Shown piece after piece: positions 9,448-19,267 of a DNA stretch of 64,000 bases. The notes under the pieces are model-generated. The model was given only the letters and a program-made list of their open reading frames with translations, was not told where the DNA came from and made no database searches. The translations under genes and the position numbers were made by a program. This DNA comes from an uncultured virus (IMG/VR IMGVR_UViG_3300008117_000004). Its lineage: Duplodnaviria; Heunggongvirae; Uroviricota; Caudoviricetes. Numbering within the stretch: position 1 is the first letter of the stretch; each line of letters starts with the position of its first letter. The stretch lies in IMG/VR virus record IMGVR_UViG_3300008117_000004, positions 62,001-126,000 of that record; one strand, given 5' to 3'.

Positions 9448-11538
9448 CTACGGATTGACTACCGATTCAACCATAAAACATAGCCTTATTGTGTACCCAC
9501 CTGATGCCAAAGGTTGAAATTGCATTCTTATTTCAAGAGTACTGGAATCAATAACTTTACCCGATATATGTTGACAATAATAGAGTATATTAGGATGTGT
9601 ATCTTGTAAACCAAAATTGGAAACAACAACGTTATCATCAGGACCACCCGTAAATGTACCAGAAGCGAAGGTTATGCGAACTGTTATCCAACCAGATGTG
9701 GTTGAAAAACTACTACCGATTCCAGATACATCAGTTACAGCAATCACTCCACCTTTTTGAGTACCATAGTAACCAAATCCACCACCACTCGAATTTCTAA
9801 CAAATACAATATACCCGGATGTATGATTACTGACGATATTATTAACTCTACCAATCATCACACCTTGATTATTTATCTCCATTTTTTTAACACCAAGAGA
9901 GGTAAAACCAATCACACCCGGATCACTTGAATAAAGACCAGTTGAAGTACTATTATTAAAACACAGTGATGGTTTTGTAATAGTACCAGACACGGTTGGT
10001 GTCTGTGCTACTCCAGTATATCCCCACAATTGAACACCCTGAGAATTCACATAAGCAGCTGTATAAGTATTTGAACCATCTTCCACATCAAATCTGGTGA
10101 TTGTTCGACTACTAGAAAGTTCAGATGTTGTAAATCTAGCAGTTATTAAAACGCCATAAGCAAGTGATGTTCCATTATTTTTTATTTGAGTTCCATACCC
10201 ATTAGAGATATTAGAATATATTAGAGTTTGGCCAAGACTCGAAAGTTGAATGTAGTTGTTTGTTATTTCATTATAGATGTTAAAAGTACTATTGTTAGAA
10301 TTTCCAAATCCTAAATAAGCTGATCTAGTTGGAGTTAATGTTGTGTCTAATCCACCAGTTCTATAAAATTGTATATAAGTACCACCAGCAGTAGTATCAG
10401 AACCTCCTTGTGATCTACCAAACAAACTTAAAAGACCCCCATTTCCATAAATTCTAACAGAACCAGAACCTTGTGATGAACCACTAGTAAAAACTCTAAG
10501 AACCTCATCACTATTAACAACTGTACTGATATAAGTACTAGCTTGATATAATCCATAATTAGATATATTAAATGTTGTACCAGTACCACCAAATCTTAAA
10601 CCTAAAGAAGATTTACTACTTCCGGATGGAACTCTAACATAAGAAGAATCAACCTCCAATCTTTGATTTCCTGATGTTGAAATAGATACTTGGTTTGTAG
10701 AAGATAAGTAAATACCACTTGATAAATTATTAATAAATGAATAAGGTGGAGATGAAGGTGATGATGTTGATTTAACCAATATTTGACCAGTTGATGGTAT
10801 AATACCAATCCTTTGTGTAGCACTTTGGTTATAAATAAGTAAAGAACTTTGTGATGGTTGATTATCGGGTACTGAAGTAAGATAGTGTATGTTATTTGAA
10901 CTACCACCACTCGTAGAAACCGAGCTAATACTAATACCACTAGACAAAGCTGATGAAGCAACCCACTCAAGAGCACTACCAGCCGAATTTGTTCTTAATA
11001 TATAATCAGCAGTTCCTGGTTGAATTTGAGATAATACAATTTTAGAAGAGGATGTATCAAAATTACTAGGAACTATATTTGTAATATTAGCACCATTTCC
11101 AGAAAATGAAGTAGCTTTAATAGTACCAGATACATCCAACTTAGCAGTAGATGTAACAGAGCTAGCATTGTTATGATTTATAGCAATAGTTTTACCAGTA
11201 ATCACACCAGCTGGTGTTGTGTATTCAATCTCAAACATATTACTATTAGTAAGAAAGTTATTAGAATTTAAAACCTTTAAAACCTGACCCAGTCTATATG
11301 TAGTTGTTTCGGTAAATGTAGGTATAATAGTAGTCGGAACTGATAAACCTGTTGAATTTTCTTTCTTCCATCCATTATTTACCCAAACATAAGGTACTCC
11401 CTCACTAGTATCAAATACTCTCAAGCCCTCATATTTATATACTATAGCATCTCTTGCATTTGATCCTGATGCTACAATTCTATCATCTATTGGTCTAGGT
11501 GAACTAAGTTTAAAACCATCTATAATTTCTATTGCCAT
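9448..11538 (-). CDS. Tail fibre/spike-like structural protein
   Basis: Ser/Gly/Thr-rich beta-strand composition; PIDDR..YEGLRVF N-terminus; repeated P-x-x-x-F...T/SG-x-Y units typical of fibre proteins. Confidence 0.6.
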   Translation of the reverse strand: MAIEIIDGFKLSSPRPIDDRIVASGSNARDAIVYKYEGLRVFDTSEGVPYVWVNNGWKKENSTGLSVPTTIIPTFTETTTYRLGQVLKVLNSNNFLTNSNMFEIEYTTPAGVITGKTIAINHNNASSVTSTAKLDVSGTIKATSFSGNGANITNIVPSNFDTSSSKIVLSQIQPGTADYILRTNSAGSALEWVASSALSSGISISSVSTSGGSSNNIHYLTSVPDNQPSQSSLLIYNQSATQRIGIIPSTGQILVKSTSSPSSPPYSFINNLSSGIYLSSTNQVSISTSGNQRLEVDSSYVRVPSGSSKSSLGLRFGGTGTTFNISNYGLYQASTYISTVVNSDEVLRVFTSGSSQGSGSVRIYGNGGLLSLFGRSQGGSDTTAGGTYIQFYRTGGLDTTLTPTRSAYLGFGNSNNSTFNIYNEITNNYIQLSSLGQTLIYSNISNGYGTQIKNNGTSLAYGVLITARFTTSELSSSRTITRFDVEDGSNTYTAAYVNSQGVQLWGYTGVAQTPTVSGTITKPSLCFNNSTSTGLYSSDPGVIGFTSLGVKKMEINNQGVMIGRVNNIVSNHTSGYIVFVRNSSGGGFGYYGTQKGGVIAVTDVSGIGSSFSTTSGWITVRITFASGTFTGGPDDNVVVSNFGLQDTHPNILYYCQHISGKVIDSSTLEIRMQFQPLASGGYTIRLCFMVESVVNP

Positions 11539-11556
11539 AAACTATATATAAAATTT

Positions 11557-13095
11557 TTAATATCCAAATTGGAAAATTTCTGAAGGAGGTCCAATTTCAA
11601 CACTCTCCCACTTATAAACATAAAATTCTTTTGATTGCCAGTAACCATCTGGTGATGAAAGTACTTTAGTTGTATATGAAAACGAAGCTGATATAGTAGC
11701 ACCATAACTATTATAAATATTTGATAGTGTACCATAATCTTTATCATATATAAAAAAGAAGTTTCCAATACCTGTTATATCATAACTTTTATCCTCTTTA
11801 GGTTCAATTTTTTTAGTTAAACTGGATAAATTGGCTATTGTTATTGAACTAAATGTACTAAATCCATAAAAATAAGGATAAACACCAACAACTGATTTTG
11901 TTATACTATTACTATTTAATCCATCATTGACAGTCATAGTAAATGTTGATGTTGTTGCTTGTAATGGTGTTATAACAGCTCCTTCTATTTCACCATTTAT
12001 TTTAAATGAATAAGGACTAGAAATAGGAGCATAACTACTAGGTATCATATTAGTAAATAATGTAGGTAGTAAATCATTTGTTCTTTTATAGATAGTATAA
12101 TCTAAAAATATTTTTGGTGAAGTTCCTACTTCTAAATATTTATTAGTTTTTAATACAAGATCACATTCAGGTGCTTGATATTCATAAATTATTCTACTAA
12201 GTAAATCGGAAAGACTATTTTTTGAAAAAGTAGATCCAGGTTCTATATCACCGATTTTAATTGGAACCATTCTATGATCAGTAAAGTCAAGTGAATAACC
12301 ATTTAAATTAGCAGGATTACCATATAAATTAAGTTCAGAACCAGTGACACCAGCCCAATCAGTATTAGTAACTTCAATTTTTGACCAAGTAAGTCCTCCG
12401 TTAAACCATGTTAGTATCTTACCATCTAACCCATCGGTTGTTTGCTCATCAGTTGATTGTTGTATAGTAGGGTAAATAATATTATTAATAGAAACAGTAC
12501 CTCCAGAATTGGTATTTAAGCCAGTATATGGATCTATACCACGTGATAATAAAGATATATCACCACTTGAATTTATTAAATTCAAAGTTAATTTTGAAGC
12601 TGTTGTACCAACAACATAATCACTTGATATGTATGGTGATTTAGTGTATATTGATGAGTTTGTACCAGATAAAATAACGATTTTAGTTTGTAATTGTGTT
12701 ATAGAATCCTTCTTAGTATTGAATAAGAAAAGATCCACTTCACTACTCAACAAATCATTATTCATTATTTCAGTAGTTGAATAGGTACCATTACTATAAT
12801 ACCTTTTACCTAAATATATTTTTTTTGTTAAATCTTCATTTGGATTTCCTGTATCTATACCAATATAATATGAACCACTAGCACTTGTCTCTTTAAATGG
12901 TGTTGTGTCCCATATTGATAATATAGAGTCTCTCAACATTTTTGGTGAAATTAATTTATCCTCATTATCAAATAAGTTAGTATAAACATAGTTATTACCA
13001 AAAGAATATGATTGTGTTCCTGAATCAGACAATACTAAAACACTACTCAATGAGTAGTAAGAAGTTGAATCATATTTACTATAAGTACCTGCCAT
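11557..13095 (-). CDS. Virion structural protein (paralog of 13098-14720)
   Basis: Shared DNxxKLISPKxxRDxxLSxW and YIGIDxGNP..KIYLGKR blocks. Confidence 0.6.
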   Translation of the reverse strand: MAGTYSKYDSTSYYSLSSVLVLSDSGTQSYSFGNNYVYTNLFDNEDKLISPKMLRDSILSIWDTTPFKETSASGSYYIGIDTGNPNEDLTKKIYLGKRYYSNGTYSTTEIMNNDLLSSEVDLFLFNTKKDSITQLQTKIVILSGTNSSIYTKSPYISSDYVVGTTASKLTLNLINSSGDISLLSRGIDPYTGLNTNSGGTVSINNIIYPTIQQSTDEQTTDGLDGKILTWFNGGLTWSKIEVTNTDWAGVTGSELNLYGNPANLNGYSLDFTDHRMVPIKIGDIEPGSTFSKNSLSDLLSRIIYEYQAPECDLVLKTNKYLEVGTSPKIFLDYTIYKRTNDLLPTLFTNMIPSSYAPISSPYSFKINGEIEGAVITPLQATTSTFTMTVNDGLNSNSITKSVVGVYPYFYGFSTFSSITIANLSSLTKKIEPKEDKSYDITGIGNFFFIYDKDYGTLSNIYNSYGATISASFSYTTKVLSSPDGYWQSKEFYVYKWESVEIGPPSEIFQFGY

Positions 13096-13097
13096 AA

Positions 13098-14720
13098 TTA
13101 AAATTTAAATTCAAATGATCCATTTTGTGAGTAACTACAAGTAGCTACTGTTCTCCAAACAGTGTAATTAGTTGGAGTAGCATAATTAGCGTTTGATAAT
13201 CCAGTACTATAAGTAAAGAATGATGAAGATAAATCACCATTATATAATATAAATCCATTAGGATCCTTTATTCTAGATACAACGGTATTAAAATAAGCTG
13301 TTGGAAAACAAAAATAAAAGTATCCACTACCGGTAGAATTAAATGTAACTGAATTAGTTACCCCTGGATATGGTTGCAATAATTTTGAAATTGTTGTAAC
13401 TCCACTTGTAAATATCGAACTATTTGTTGTAATAACAGAATTTGTAAAACCATAAAATATAGGGTAAATATAGGTAAATGAAGCAGTAGCACTATGACTA
13501 AATCCATAAGGATAAGATGATGCTGTAAAACCATCTCTATCAGAAACTTGAAAACCAAAGCTAACGGTTCCATATGTTGCTCTACTTTTAGATATACTAA
13601 CCGTTCCACTAAATGTTGTACCAGGTAATGATGTTGAAAAAGATAAACCACAATATGGTTGACCCAATGGGTATAAAGTTGTTCCAATTGGACTTGGCTC
13701 ATTTGAAATTACATAATAATCTCTAACATACTCACTACTTTCTCTTGGATATATTGTAAGATTATATTTTAAGTTTAAAGTTGCGGTTGTTCCAACTTCA
13801 GCATAACTATTTAAACTAGATGTATTTATAGCCTCAACTGAGATATGAGGTGGTATATAAGGAAATAATAAATTTCTCAACACTTCACTAATAGGCCAAT
13901 TTTGATAACCACTACCATTATAAAAAGAGTTTGATGAGAAAGATGTTCCAACTGCAATACCACCAACTTTACTTGGCACTATTGTATTATTTATAAACTC
14001 TAAAGAGTATCCATTTAAACTAACGGTACTACCATAAATATTTGTTGGACTTCCTGGACTACCAATAGTAGCAATACTAACATTTGTATTATCCCATCTT
14101 AAACTACCATTAGGATAAGTACCATAATATCTCAATACTTTACCATTTGAAGCAGAAGCGGATGATTCAGCAACAGTTGGAAAAATTATACCGTTGATAG
14201 AAACTCTACCAGTTGAGCTATAGATGTTAATTGAACCACTATTAATTGATGGATTTCTAAACTCAAAATCAAATTTTGTTCCATCACTAATACTTTCTAT
14301 ATAAGGGGCTTGTGTATATAAAGATGAATTGGTACCTGCTAAAATTGCAATTCTAGTATTACTCTGTGTAGATGTATCAGGTTTTGTATTAAAAATATAA
14401 ATATCATTATTAGTATTGTTTAATAATGTAGGATTTAAAATATCACTACCACCAAATTGTCTTTTACCTAAATAAATTTTTTGCTTTATATCACGATTAG
14501 ATGGATTACCAGAATCTATACCAATATATTCAGTTCCAGCAGTTGTGGTGGTTTGTTTAATTGGTGAATTCGCCCAAGTTGATAAAAAAGCATCTCTAAC
14601 ATCTTTAGGTGATATAAGTTTGTGTGTATTATCTGGAATATTTTTTAGTACACTTAATATATCTGGAAGTCTCGAAGCTTCATACTCAGTACCGATGTTT
14701 ACACTATATGTAGCAGGCAT
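13098..14720 (-). CDS. Virion structural protein (paralog of 11557-13095)
   Basis: Same conserved blocks; beta-rich Ser/Thr composition. Confidence 0.6.
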   Translation of the reverse strand: MPATYSVNIGTEYEASRLPDILSVLKNIPDNTHKLISPKDVRDAFLSTWANSPIKQTTTTAGTEYIGIDSGNPSNRDIKQKIYLGKRQFGGSDILNPTLLNNTNNDIYIFNTKPDTSTQSNTRIAILAGTNSSLYTQAPYIESISDGTKFDFEFRNPSINSGSINIYSSTGRVSINGIIFPTVAESSASASNGKVLRYYGTYPNGSLRWDNTNVSIATIGSPGSPTNIYGSTVSLNGYSLEFINNTIVPSKVGGIAVGTSFSSNSFYNGSGYQNWPISEVLRNLLFPYIPPHISVEAINTSSLNSYAEVGTTATLNLKYNLTIYPRESSEYVRDYYVISNEPSPIGTTLYPLGQPYCGLSFSTSLPGTTFSGTVSISKSRATYGTVSFGFQVSDRDGFTASSYPYGFSHSATASFTYIYPIFYGFTNSVITTNSSIFTSGVTTISKLLQPYPGVTNSVTFNSTGSGYFYFCFPTAYFNTVVSRIKDPNGFILYNGDLSSSFFTYSTGLSNANYATPTNYTVWRTVATCSYSQNGSFEFKF

Positions 14721-14753
14721 TTAATATATTCTTTTTTTGTATATATTAAATAA

Positions 14754-14780
14754 AAAAAGTCCGATTTAACATCGGACTTT
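14754..14780 (-). terminator. Intrinsic terminator
   Basis: AAAAGTCCGAT-TTAAC-ATCGGACTTTT hairpin flanked by A-run. Confidence 0.65.
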
Positions 14781-14800
14781 ATATTTTAGAAAATTTAATT

Positions 14801-15202
14801 TTAATTAAATAAAAACTCTAATGTTATTAAATCTTTTACCTTAGCAGTCTCCAATTTAAGATCTTCAAAATTTATTTTATCATAAGGAATTTCATTTTCC
14901 AACTCTAAAAAGTCATTCATTTCATTTTGAAATGCTTCTGGATTTGTTAAATTAACAGCACCTTCTACTTCTTGACCATCTTGGTTATATACTTTAGTAG
15001 GTTGTCCATTTTCATCACGATCAGTATATTTCTCGATTAATCTTTTTTCTAATTTTGCTTTATCTTCAACAATAGAAGATAATTCTTTGATAATTCTAGT
15101 TAATCTAAATGCGCAAGTAGCGTTGATATCAGTATCAATTAATGTATTTAATGCTGATATTGTTTCACTTGATAATTCTGAATTTTTTATTTTAATAGAC
15201 AT
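14801..15202 (-). CDS. Hypothetical protein (DUF1617-like helical phage protein)
   Basis: AFRLTR...KRLIEKYTDRDENG pattern; family call is weak. Confidence 0.45.
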   Translation of the reverse strand: MSIKIKNSELSSETISALNTLIDTDINATCAFRLTRIIKELSSIVEDKAKLEKRLIEKYTDRDENGQPTKVYNQDGQEVEGAVNLTNPEAFQNEMNDFLELENEIPYDKINFEDLKLETAKVKDLITLEFLFN

Positions 15203-15224
15203 ATTACTTTATTATTTTTTTATT

Positions 15225-15944
15225 TTATGTATTTATTTCTGTTTTGTTTTCTCCTAACCTATTTTTTATCAATAAAAAATAATTTTCATCCTTTTCAATT
15301 AAAATATATTTTCTATTTAAAATTTGACAGGCTTCACCGGTTGTACCAGATCCAGCAAAAGTATCCAACACCAAATCACCTTCATTAGAGTGTTTTTTAA
15401 CTAAATCTTGTATTAAACTAAGTGGCTTTTGAGTTGGGTGATCCAATCTTTCTTTTCCATGACAAATTGGATATCTATAAACACCATTATCATACTCGGA
15501 GTTAAAAGTAGGTTTCTTACCTTTTACAAAAGTGAAAAAATATTCGTTAGCATTTGAAAGATAATTAACTTTAGAATTTATAGGAACTGGATTGGTTTTT
15601 TGCCATTGACAAACTCTTGCTTGTTTGAATTTATACTTATCGGCTATTTCTTTTATAATAGTTGACTTCCATATATCAAAAAAGAATATTAGAGTACCAC
15701 CATCTTTTAATATTCTAAAATATTCTTTAAATAAGAGATCCCAGTTAATTTCTTCTTTATCCCATTCACCAAAGTCAATAGAGTGACTACCATACTTTGT
15801 TATTATATCAGAATTAGCTTTATCTGAATAGTTTTTAAAATTTGATGACTTGGATATTTGATAAGGTGGATCTGTTAATATCAAACTAATTGATTTATCT
15901 TTTAAATTAGATATATAGTTAAAGCAATCATCATGAACTAACAT
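15225..15944 (-). CDS. Orphan N6-adenine/N4-cytosine DNA methyltransferase (beta class)
   Basis: TDPPY (motif IV) before HPTQKP and DTFAGSGTT (motif I). Confidence 0.9.
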   Translation of the reverse strand: MLVHDDCFNYISNLKDKSISLILTDPPYQISKSSNFKNYSDKANSDIITKYGSHSIDFGEWDKEEINWDLLFKEYFRILKDGGTLIFFFDIWKSTIIKEIADKYKFKQARVCQWQKTNPVPINSKVNYLSNANEYFFTFVKGKKPTFNSEYDNGVYRYPICHGKERLDHPTQKPLSLIQDLVKKHSNEGDLVLDTFAGSGTTGEACQILNRKYILIEKDENYFLLIKNRLGENKTEINT

Positions 15945-15995
15945 AGTTGTATATATAAACTTGACATGAGCTCTCTAAAAAAATATATATATTTT

Positions 15996-16760
15996 ATGAG
16001 AATAATTGATTTTATAAAGAATATCTTTTCCAAAAAGAAAGAAATAGATTTAAGTATCTTACCATCACAAGGTTATTTTTATAATAATGACTTTAAAGTC
16101 TTTATCAAAAAAGCAAATGATAAAGATATAAAAGACTATGAGATGGGCTTTGTAATAGATGATTTAAGTGTAGTTCTTAGAAAAGTTAAGAAGATCGTTA
16201 AGAAGAATATTATTATACCAGATAGTTATACATTTGAGTATATAAAAAGTATTGATGTTATTTTCTTATTTTTTGAAATAGTAAAATTTACAAAGAATAA
16301 AAAGATTAAAATTTTCTACTTTGATGAATTTGGTGAAGATCACGTTGTTGATTTTGAATCAAAAAATTTTAACTATTTTAATTTTAAACATCTAAATAAA
16401 AATTGGAATAATGAATTAAAAGAGTTTTTAATTGATGGATATAAATTTACATTACCATCATTAGGCGTTGAAAACTCAATAACTCAATTTCTAATAGATA
16501 AATCTTATGAACCGGGTGCTGAAAAGTATAATGAATATAATTATAACTTTGTTTATTTTGTTGGTAACAAAGACTTTTTAACTTATGATGAAATAGATAA
16601 TCTAATTCAAATATTTAATAATGATTTAGATGATGATGAAAAATATAAAGTTGATAGTATAATAAATAAATTCTTAGGATTACATAAATACACACTCAAA
16701 AAAGGAGATAAAGTTATTGAAATAACCTCTAGAATAAATTTAGAAAATATATGGAAATAA
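15996..16760 (+). CDS. Baseplate hub assembly-like protein (T4 gp26/gp51-like); probable start 15996
   Basis: LPSQGYFY N-terminal motif seen in baseplate hub proteins of T4-related phages; weak call. Confidence 0.4.
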   Translation: MRIIDFIKNIFSKKKEIDLSILPSQGYFYNNDFKVFIKKANDKDIKDYEMGFVIDDLSVVLRKVKKIVKKNIIIPDSYTFEYIKSIDVIFLFFEIVKFTKNKKIKIFYFDEFGEDHVVDFESKNFNYFNFKHLNKNWNNELKEFLIDGYKFTLPSLGVENSITQFLIDKSYEPGAEKYNEYNYNFVYFVGNKDFLTYDEIDNLIQIFNNDLDDDEKYKVDSIINKFLGLHKYTLKKGDKVIEITSRINLENIWK

Positions 16761-16789
16761 AAAAACCCACTCAAATGAGTGGGTTTTTT
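16761..16789. terminator. Bidirectional intrinsic terminator
   Basis: AAAAAACCCACTCA-AA-TGAGTGGGTTTTTT between convergent genes. Confidence 0.75.
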
Positions 16790-16793
16790 GTTA

Positions 16794-17768
16794 TTAAATC
16801 TCAATGGATTTAATTTCGTTTACTAACGCATTTCTGTCAGTTTTTAGTAATTCAATTACATCAAAAACTTTATCAGAAAAACCAGCCAAACAGTAAACAC
16901 CATTTTCAGGTAGTTGTAAAGTACCATACCCAGCAAGATCCCAAGAGAATACTGAAGGATTAGCCCCAAATCTTTTCTTATATTGGTTAAACTCAGCACT
17001 TGGTGATGTATAACCAATCCAACCTTGCATATCACTTAAAATAACGATGTTATCATAAGCCTTATTAGCATTTTGGAAGATAGACTTAAAGTTAGTACCA
17101 CCACCAGAGTATCTAAAAGAGCTTCTTATTGTCATTACAGAATCCAATGGATTGTAAGTCTTATAATTAGCACTTGTAGAGAAAGTCATAACGTCACAGT
17201 TATTTGCTTTCGCAATAATTGCTCCGAATAAACTCGCAATTTCTGATGGTCTACCACTCATAGATCCAGATACGTCCATTACAAGTAATGTTTCACCTTC
17301 AAACTTTGGTACATTTTGTACTGAAACTTCAAGAGCGTTGTTGATAGCAACTAACACTTGTCTTGTTTCCTTGTTTGAAGGAAGCTTAGAGATTTCTTCA
17401 TAAGCTGTAGAGAATCTGAATGGTAAAACTCTACTCTTTTTGATTAATTTTTCATCAACCAACATTTCACAAGCCGCAGTAACAGATTGTGGAGCTTGAG
17501 AGACAATGTTTCTCAAGTTTCTTAAAAGAGCAAAGTAACCCAATTTTCTTGTAGAGATTAACTCTGTCCAAGCATCAGCCTTTAATTGTGCCAAATCTTC
17601 TGAGTTCTCAGCTGATTGACCAGCTGCTGATAACTTAGCTTCCCAAGTATCAGTGTTTTTTAACTTATCATTGATTAATAAGTTAAGTGCTTCAGAGTTT
17701 TTCTCTGTTGGCACTGGGTGTACTAAGTTAACAACGTCAACTAATTTATACATTTTTCTTTTTTTCAT
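16794..17768 (-). CDS. rsr: Ro60/TROVE protein, C-terminal fragment (rest of HEAT ring plus vWA domain)
   Basis: KLVDVVNLVHP, TWEAKLS, ALLRNLRNI, SRVLPFRF, MIDAS DVSGSM, GGGTN, LSDMQ. Confidence 0.9.
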   Translation of the reverse strand: MKKRKMYKLVDVVNLVHPVPTEKNSEALNLLINDKLKNTDTWEAKLSAAGQSAENSEDLAQLKADAWTELISTRKLGYFALLRNLRNIVSQAPQSVTAACEMLVDEKLIKKSRVLPFRFSTAYEEISKLPSNKETRQVLVAINNALEVSVQNVPKFEGETLLVMDVSGSMSGRPSEIASLFGAIIAKANNCDVMTFSTSANYKTYNPLDSVMTIRSSFRYSGGGTNFKSIFQNANKAYDNIVILSDMQGWIGYTSPSAEFNQYKKRFGANPSVFSWDLAGYGTLQLPENGVYCLAGFSDKVFDVIELLKTDRNALVNEIKSIEI

Positions 17769-18420
17769 AAATTATACTTTTAAATTTTTCTTCAAATTTT
17801 TCCTCTATACCTTTTATACTATGGTGACATTTTTCACATAATGTAATTCCATTATCTATATCCCAAAGAAAATTACACATGATGTAATCTTCGTATTTTA
17901 AAAGATTGTAATCCTCTACAATCTTTGAGAACTTTATAATATGATGTGAATTTAATTTACCACCACTATTACAAATTTGACATTTATATAAGTCACGATC
18001 ATATATAGATTTTCTCCATTCCTTATATAGAGATGATTGTTGTAATCTATTTCTAAATGTGGATCTACCTCCTTTCCACATAGGGTGTTTAAATCCAGGT
18101 CTAAGTCCTATAAATTTACTTCTTATTTTATCTTTATGCTCATCTGTTAAATTTTTACCTAAGTGTGAATTTGATATATTTTTTTTTCTCTCTTCGGTAT
18201 GTGGCTTGGAATTTGAAAATGAAATTTTTTTCTTATGTTCATCTGTAAATTTTCTACCTTTACCAGCATCTGAGTAGTTTCTTGGTTTAATTTCATATTT
18301 TTTAAACCAGTGATATATAACACCTCGATTTAAGTTTAATTTTTTTTCAATTTTAGAGTAAGATAAATTTTCCACAAAATATAAATACTCCAAATCTTCT
18401 TTTGAAATAAAAAAACTCAT
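17746..18420 (-). CDS. NUMOD3-repeat HNH homing endonuclease inserted in the Ro60 gene
   Basis: HKKKIS / HKDKI NUMOD3-like repeats; RDLYKCQIC..HHI..NGITLCEKCH. Confidence 0.85.
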   Translation of the reverse strand: MSFFISKEDLEYLYFVENLSYSKIEKKLNLNRGVIYHWFKKYEIKPRNYSDAGKGRKFTDEHKKKISFSNSKPHTEERKKNISNSHLGKNLTDEHKDKIRSKFIGLRPGFKHPMWKGGRSTFRNRLQQSSLYKEWRKSIYDRDLYKCQICNSGGKLNSHHIIKFSKIVEDYNLLKYEDYIMCNFLWDIDNGITLCEKCHHSIKGIEEKFEEKFKSIIYEKKKNV

Positions 18421-18455
18421 AATATACTTTTTAAGTATATATTATTTTTCAAATA

Positions 18456-18926
18456 TCATTTTTTCCATTTAGACAACTGATAACCATCAAATCTATCAAA
18501 TGATTTTGCGAATCCCTTTTTAATAGAGTTAGGAATTTTAGTCCCACAATTTGTATTATAATAAGCTAATATCTCCATCATATCATCAGGTCTAACAACT
18601 ATTTTATCATAGAAATTCTTAGCAAAATCTTTTCCAGATAAATACTTTGCTAACTCACCTGCTAAAGCATGTGCAACAGATCTCATACCAAACTTATCTC
18701 TGGCATAAATAGCTGCTTTAGCGGCAAAAACAGGATCAACTTTGATTAAAAGTTTTTTCAACTCATTCAAAGATTGATCAGATGATCTATAAAATTGATC
18801 ACTAACAAATGATGTTAGTAAAAATGATACTAATGCTAATTCATCAGATTGTGAATAAGCTTGACCTCCTGCTAAGTTATTAGTTAAGGTCTTTTGTTTA
18901 GGTAATGTTGCGTTAAATCTAGCCAT
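18456..18926 (-). CDS. rsr: Ro60/TROVE protein, N-terminal fragment
   Basis: NLAGGQAY, LLTSFVSDQFY, AIYARDKFGMRS, RPDDMMEILAYY, FDGYQLSK. Confidence 0.9.
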   Translation of the reverse strand: MARFNATLPKQKTLTNNLAGGQAYSQSDELALVSFLLTSFVSDQFYRSSDQSLNELKKLLIKVDPVFAAKAAIYARDKFGMRSVAHALAGELAKYLSGKDFAKNFYDKIVVRPDDMMEILAYYNTNCGTKIPNSIKKGFAKSFDRFDGYQLSKWKK

Positions 18927-18973
18927 AATTTCTTTAATTTTATTTTAATATTTTTAATTTCTTTAATTTCTAC

Positions 18974-19017
18974 AAAAAAAAATGACCAGAACTATACATT
19001 TGTATATCCTGGTCATT
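18974..19017 (-). terminator. Intrinsic terminator between the ncRNAs and the Ro60 start codon
   Basis: AATGACCAG (18981-18989)/CTGGTCATT (19009-19017) stem with inner TATACA/TGTATA pairing; followed by a U-run on the minus strand. Confidence 0.7.
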
Positions 19018-19026
19018 ATAATAAGT

Positions 19027-19258
19027 AACAGACAAGAAAGTTTAGCCTAAGCGTCATAGAGAATTCTCCCGAAACTCTATCAATGGTTGTAGTGACCATT
19101 CCACTCGTCTCCGTAACGTGAAGACTAACGGACTTTTTCACCTCAGAATATTCCAGAGAATATACCTTCTTGGTAGTCGTAGCTGTCGCTTTTGACACTT
19201 TTCGATCTGAATTGTTATTTATAGTTCGAAGTATCTCAGAGCTATTGCTATGTCTGTT
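19027..19258 (-). ncRNA. Long Y-RNA-like (Ro60-associated) structured RNA
   Basis: Minus strand: AACAGACA-UAG..UAGCUCUGAG-AUACUUCG...ACG-CUUAGGCUA..UUUCU-UGUCUGUU; ends pair; GC-richer than flanks; several internal hairpins; adjacent to Ro60 gene. Confidence 0.65.
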
Positions 19259-19267
19259 TTAATAATG

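Noticed and set aside
9448..14720. Diversity-generating retroelement or invertible tail-fibre cassette
   Set aside because: No reverse transcriptase or invertase, and no near-identical template/variable repeat pair seen; the two paralogs are diverged throughout
15225..15944. Restriction-modification system
   Set aside because: No adjacent restriction endonuclease; treated as an orphan methyltransferase
17746..18455. Group I intron carrying the HNH gene in Ro60
   Set aside because: Only 35 AT-rich nt before the HNH start and the HNH overlaps the downstream fragment; no space or sequence for a ribozyme core
19016..19198. 60-aa ORF in the track
   Set aside because: No recognisable motif; lies wholly inside the self-complementary Y-like RNA, which explains the GC content better
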